IMG/VR virus record: IMGVR_UViG_3300033997_000066
Span: 1-43,148 of that record
Length of the DNA: 43,148 nt
Direction: 5' to 3' (one strand)
Source: a virus
Part shown: piece by piece, positions 41,062 through 43,148 of the stretch
How positions within the stretch are numbered: position 1 is the first letter of the stretch
Layout: every line of letters starts with the position of its first letter
The notes under the pieces: generated by a model
Told to the model about the DNA's origin: nothing
Seen by the model: the letters and a program-made list of their open reading frames with translations, nothing else
Database searches by the model: none
Translations under genes and position numbers: made by a program

Positions 41062-42936
41062 TCAGCCTACGCGGTTCCAGTTGGCGCCGTTGAATCGGAA
41101 CCTGCCGAACCCGTAGTTCGTGGAAATGTTAACCGATGATGCGCCGTCAATGGTGGTTCCATCAGACGTACTAACCACGATCACCCATGTTGCAGCGTCG
41201 CCCTTCCCGTCTTTGATGACGACTTCGCGCCCTTGCATCGGATACGCAGGGAGGATAACGGCGGTCGCTGCGCTTGCAGTGTATCCGCGAATCCACACAT
41301 CGTCTTCAGGCTGCATCTGGTAGTTTGCCTGAACAGTAGGGAAATGCTGGTTCGGGCTTTGTGCGGCGCCAGTCCTGAAGTTGGACCCGGAGCGAATGCC
41401 AGCGTACTTGTTGCTGGACTCCGAAACGTTTTCACACGATGCGTCGATAACTACGCCGCGATAAGTGTAAGTGTTTCCGGTGGATTGGTCGAATGCATTC
41501 CCGCCACCGCCAATGACGTTGTTGGCAATGCCGATATTCTTCGCAGTGGCGCTGGCGCAATAAACGGCAGCACACCATTGCGCATCGGTGGTTGCAACTT
41601 CCAGTGTGTTCCAGCTGCACAGGGTGTTTCCGACAATGGTGCCGCCGTTCGCTGCGAGCATGACGATGGTGGTGCCGATATTCTGGAAGAACGTATTTCC
41701 GAAAATCGCGAAGTTAACCAGCGACGCGCCAGCACCACCAGAATTTTGCGCGATGATACCGCCCTTCGAAACGACCTCGCCGTTGAAGGTGTTTCCGTAA
41801 ATCTGTACGCCAAGTGCGTACTGCGAAGCACTGGTGGAGTCGAAGTTGATCTGGAAGTCGCGCGCACCATCAAAGTGGTTGCCGTAAATGCGAATGTCGA
41901 TTGCGCCACTTCCGGCAGCAACGTTGAACTTGATGGCGTTGATGTTGAAGCCGCCGAGATAGCAGCCTGAAATAGACAGGTCTTCCACGGCGTCCGCATA
42001 AAGCCCATATGCGCTACCGATTAACTCGGTAATCGACCTGCTTACGGTGCCGTCACCAGTGGTGATGCTCACCGGCCTGGCGTTGACGTTCGCCCCGTTG
42101 AACTCGCAGCCGGTGAACGTCACCGTTACCGGATACCCGTGGTTCGTGCTCTTTTTCAGCCAGACCTGTGCGAAGCCCTCCTGAAGCGCGGCGTTCGCAT
42201 GGTCGAAGATGCCCTTAAAGCTGCAGTTTTCGACCTTGATAACAGAGCCGCCCTCGAAAACGATTTGCGACGGCATACGCCACATCCAGCAGTTTTCAAT
42301 CTGCGCGCCCTGTGACCCGTAGATGCGAATGTGTGCACCAGTCGTGGCCTTGTCTGCCAACGCTGTGTCGCCAGTCGAATACATGACGGAGTGCTGGAAA
42401 AAGATATCGGAAACGCGCGCCGGACCACTATACCCGCCAGGCGTAGCGTTGCCGAACACCAGCGTGTCGCCATAGTCGCCAGAGCGTATGAACACCACGC
42501 CCTGCCAAGAACTGGCATCACCACGCAGCCAGCAGCCATACGGGGCATTCAGAGTAGCCGACAGGCGATAAATGCCAAGCGGCACATCCACCACGCCATT
42601 AACCCCTGCTGCATCAAGTGCAGCCTGGATGGCCGCCGTGTCATCAGTGACGCCATCACCAACCGCGCCGAAATCCTTGGTGCTCAAACCCTCGCGCAGC
42701 TTATCCATGACGGTGCGGCCAACAGCGCCAACGCCGCGAGGGCGGAAGCCGATCATGGCGGCGCCCTTCGTCGCATCGCTCGCGTTAGCCGGGTCAACGG
42801 CCAGTTCATTGTCGAACCCAGGCAGCAAGTCAAGCACTCGCAAACTGCGACTGTTCCCGCCCTGGGTTACCTCGATAAGCTCGTTTCCACTCAGCGGCAG
42901 CGATGCGCCTTGAAGGTCAGAAATTTTCCATCCCAT
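41062..42936 (-). CDS. Tailspike with a pectate-lyase-like right-handed beta-helix (putative polysaccharide depolymerase)
   Basis: 624 aa. STKDFGAVGDGVTDDTAAIQAALDAAG....V.VP.G.Y is the Pectate_lyase_3 signature. Long beta-helix-like repeats follow (..N..F.GN.F..). Confidence 0.85.
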   Translation of the reverse strand: MGWKISDLQGASLPLSGNELIEVTQGGNSRSLRVLDLLPGFDNELAVDPANASDATKGAAMIGFRPRGVGAVGRTVMDKLREGLSTKDFGAVGDGVTDDTAAIQAALDAAGVNGVVDVPLGIYRLSATLNAPYGCWLRGDASSWQGVVFIRSGDYGDTLVFGNATPGGYSGPARVSDIFFQHSVMYSTGDTALADKATTGAHIRIYGSQGAQIENCWMWRMPSQIVFEGGSVIKVENCSFKGIFDHANAALQEGFAQVWLKKSTNHGYPVTVTFTGCEFNGANVNARPVSITTGDGTVSRSITELIGSAYGLYADAVEDLSISGCYLGGFNINAIKFNVAAGSGAIDIRIYGNHFDGARDFQINFDSTSASQYALGVQIYGNTFNGEVVSKGGIIAQNSGGAGASLVNFAIFGNTFFQNIGTTIVMLAANGGTIVGNTLCSWNTLEVATTDAQWCAAVYCASATAKNIGIANNVIGGGGNAFDQSTGNTYTYRGVVIDASCENVSESSNKYAGIRSGSNFRTGAAQSPNQHFPTVQANYQMQPEDDVWIRGYTASAATAVILPAYPMQGREVVIKDGKGDAATWVIVVSTSDGTTIDGASSVNISTNYGFGRFRFNGANWNRVG

Positions 42937-42940
42937 CTAT

Positions 42941-43148
42941 TCAACTCTCCACAGTTCGAAGGAAACCGGACTCTGTAATCCGCTGCGCACCATCAGCTGT
43001 AAGGCGCGCTATCAGCGATTCATCTTCCCAGCCCAGCGGGTAAATCGTTGTGTCCGTCACGTCTTGACTGGCAGAACCGAAGAACAGCTGGCCCATACTG
43101 TCCAGTGACAGAATCTGGTACGGGTAGACCGTAGTGTCGTTGCCATCC
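42941..43148 (-). CDS. Baseplate/tail protein I, 3' part (stop TGA at 42943..42941); 43022..43148 duplicates 1..127
   Basis: Reading downward from 43021 in the frame inherited from position 1 gives ..WEDESLIARLTADGAQRITESGFLRTVES-stop. The complete gene is join(42941..43021,1..627), 235 aa. Confidence 0.8.
   Translation of the reverse strand, partial: DGNDTTVYPYQILSLDSMGQLFFGSASQDVTDTTIYPLGWEDESLIARLTADGAQRITESGFLRTVES
43022..43148. repeat. Terminal direct repeat, copy 2
   Basis: Identical to 1..127. Confidence 0.95.

Noticed and set aside
38778-42936. Possible diversity-generating retroelement or invertible fibre segment in the tail fibre region
   Set aside because: No reverse transcriptase ORF exists anywhere in the window. 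I could find no TR/VR near-identical repeat pair and no invertase or flanking inverted repeats. The two collar domains are only diverged paralogs.

Overview
The window is one complete, circularly closed genome of a temperate, GC-rich, contractile-tailed phage. The first 127 nt are identical to the last 127 nt, so the unit length is 43,021 bp, and the P2 gpI-like baseplate ORF reads in frame across that junction. Almost every long ORF on the opposite strand of a recognisable gene is a GC-rich shadow ORF. Layout: (a) A late region lies on the minus strand, 14155 down to 1 and wrapping to 43148 down to 32301. In order it holds a Mor/C-family activator, a pinholin-type holin, a SAR endolysin, Rz with embedded Rz1, a putative cos region, Nu1-like TerS, an HTH-metallophosphoesterase, lambda gpA-like TerL, a gpW-like protein, a lambda-family portal and a prohead protease-major capsid fusion. 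A gpFII-like and a gpZ-like protein follow, then a P2-type tail: V, W, J, I, a beta-helix tailspike, an H-like fibre, a second collar-domain fibre, sheath, tube, E/E' (-1 frameshift), tape measure, U, X and D. (b) An attP region holds arm-type repeats and a full-length tRNA-Arg(TCT) next to a P4-type tyrosine integrase. (c) A rightward early operon (25814..30650) holds a wHTH regulator, a RecE-family PD-(D/E)XK exonuclease, a Sak4-like ATPase, an HTH protein, a TraR-like zinc finger, SSB and a SprT-like metalloprotease. (d) A leftward early operon (25747..14586) holds an SF2 helicase, small membrane and zinc-finger proteins, two HNH endonucleases, a ParB-like protein, VRR-NUC, a toprim primase/VirE-type NTPase and an HD phosphohydrolase. 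The most unusual signal is an exact 18-mer (GGAAAAAGCCCAAGAGGA on the minus strand). It occurs five times, only in the late region and only on the coding strand. Three copies sit inside unrelated ORFs in the same reading frame, which suggests a nucleotide-level regulatory or processing element. Other points of interest: an AT-rich cluster of 10-11 TGGGAC iterons, a conserved ~55-nt intergenic element in two full copies, a metallophosphoesterase translationally coupled between TerS and TerL, and an apparently non-collinear motif order in the recombination exonuclease. No CRISPR array, reverse transcriptase/DGR or transposase was seen.
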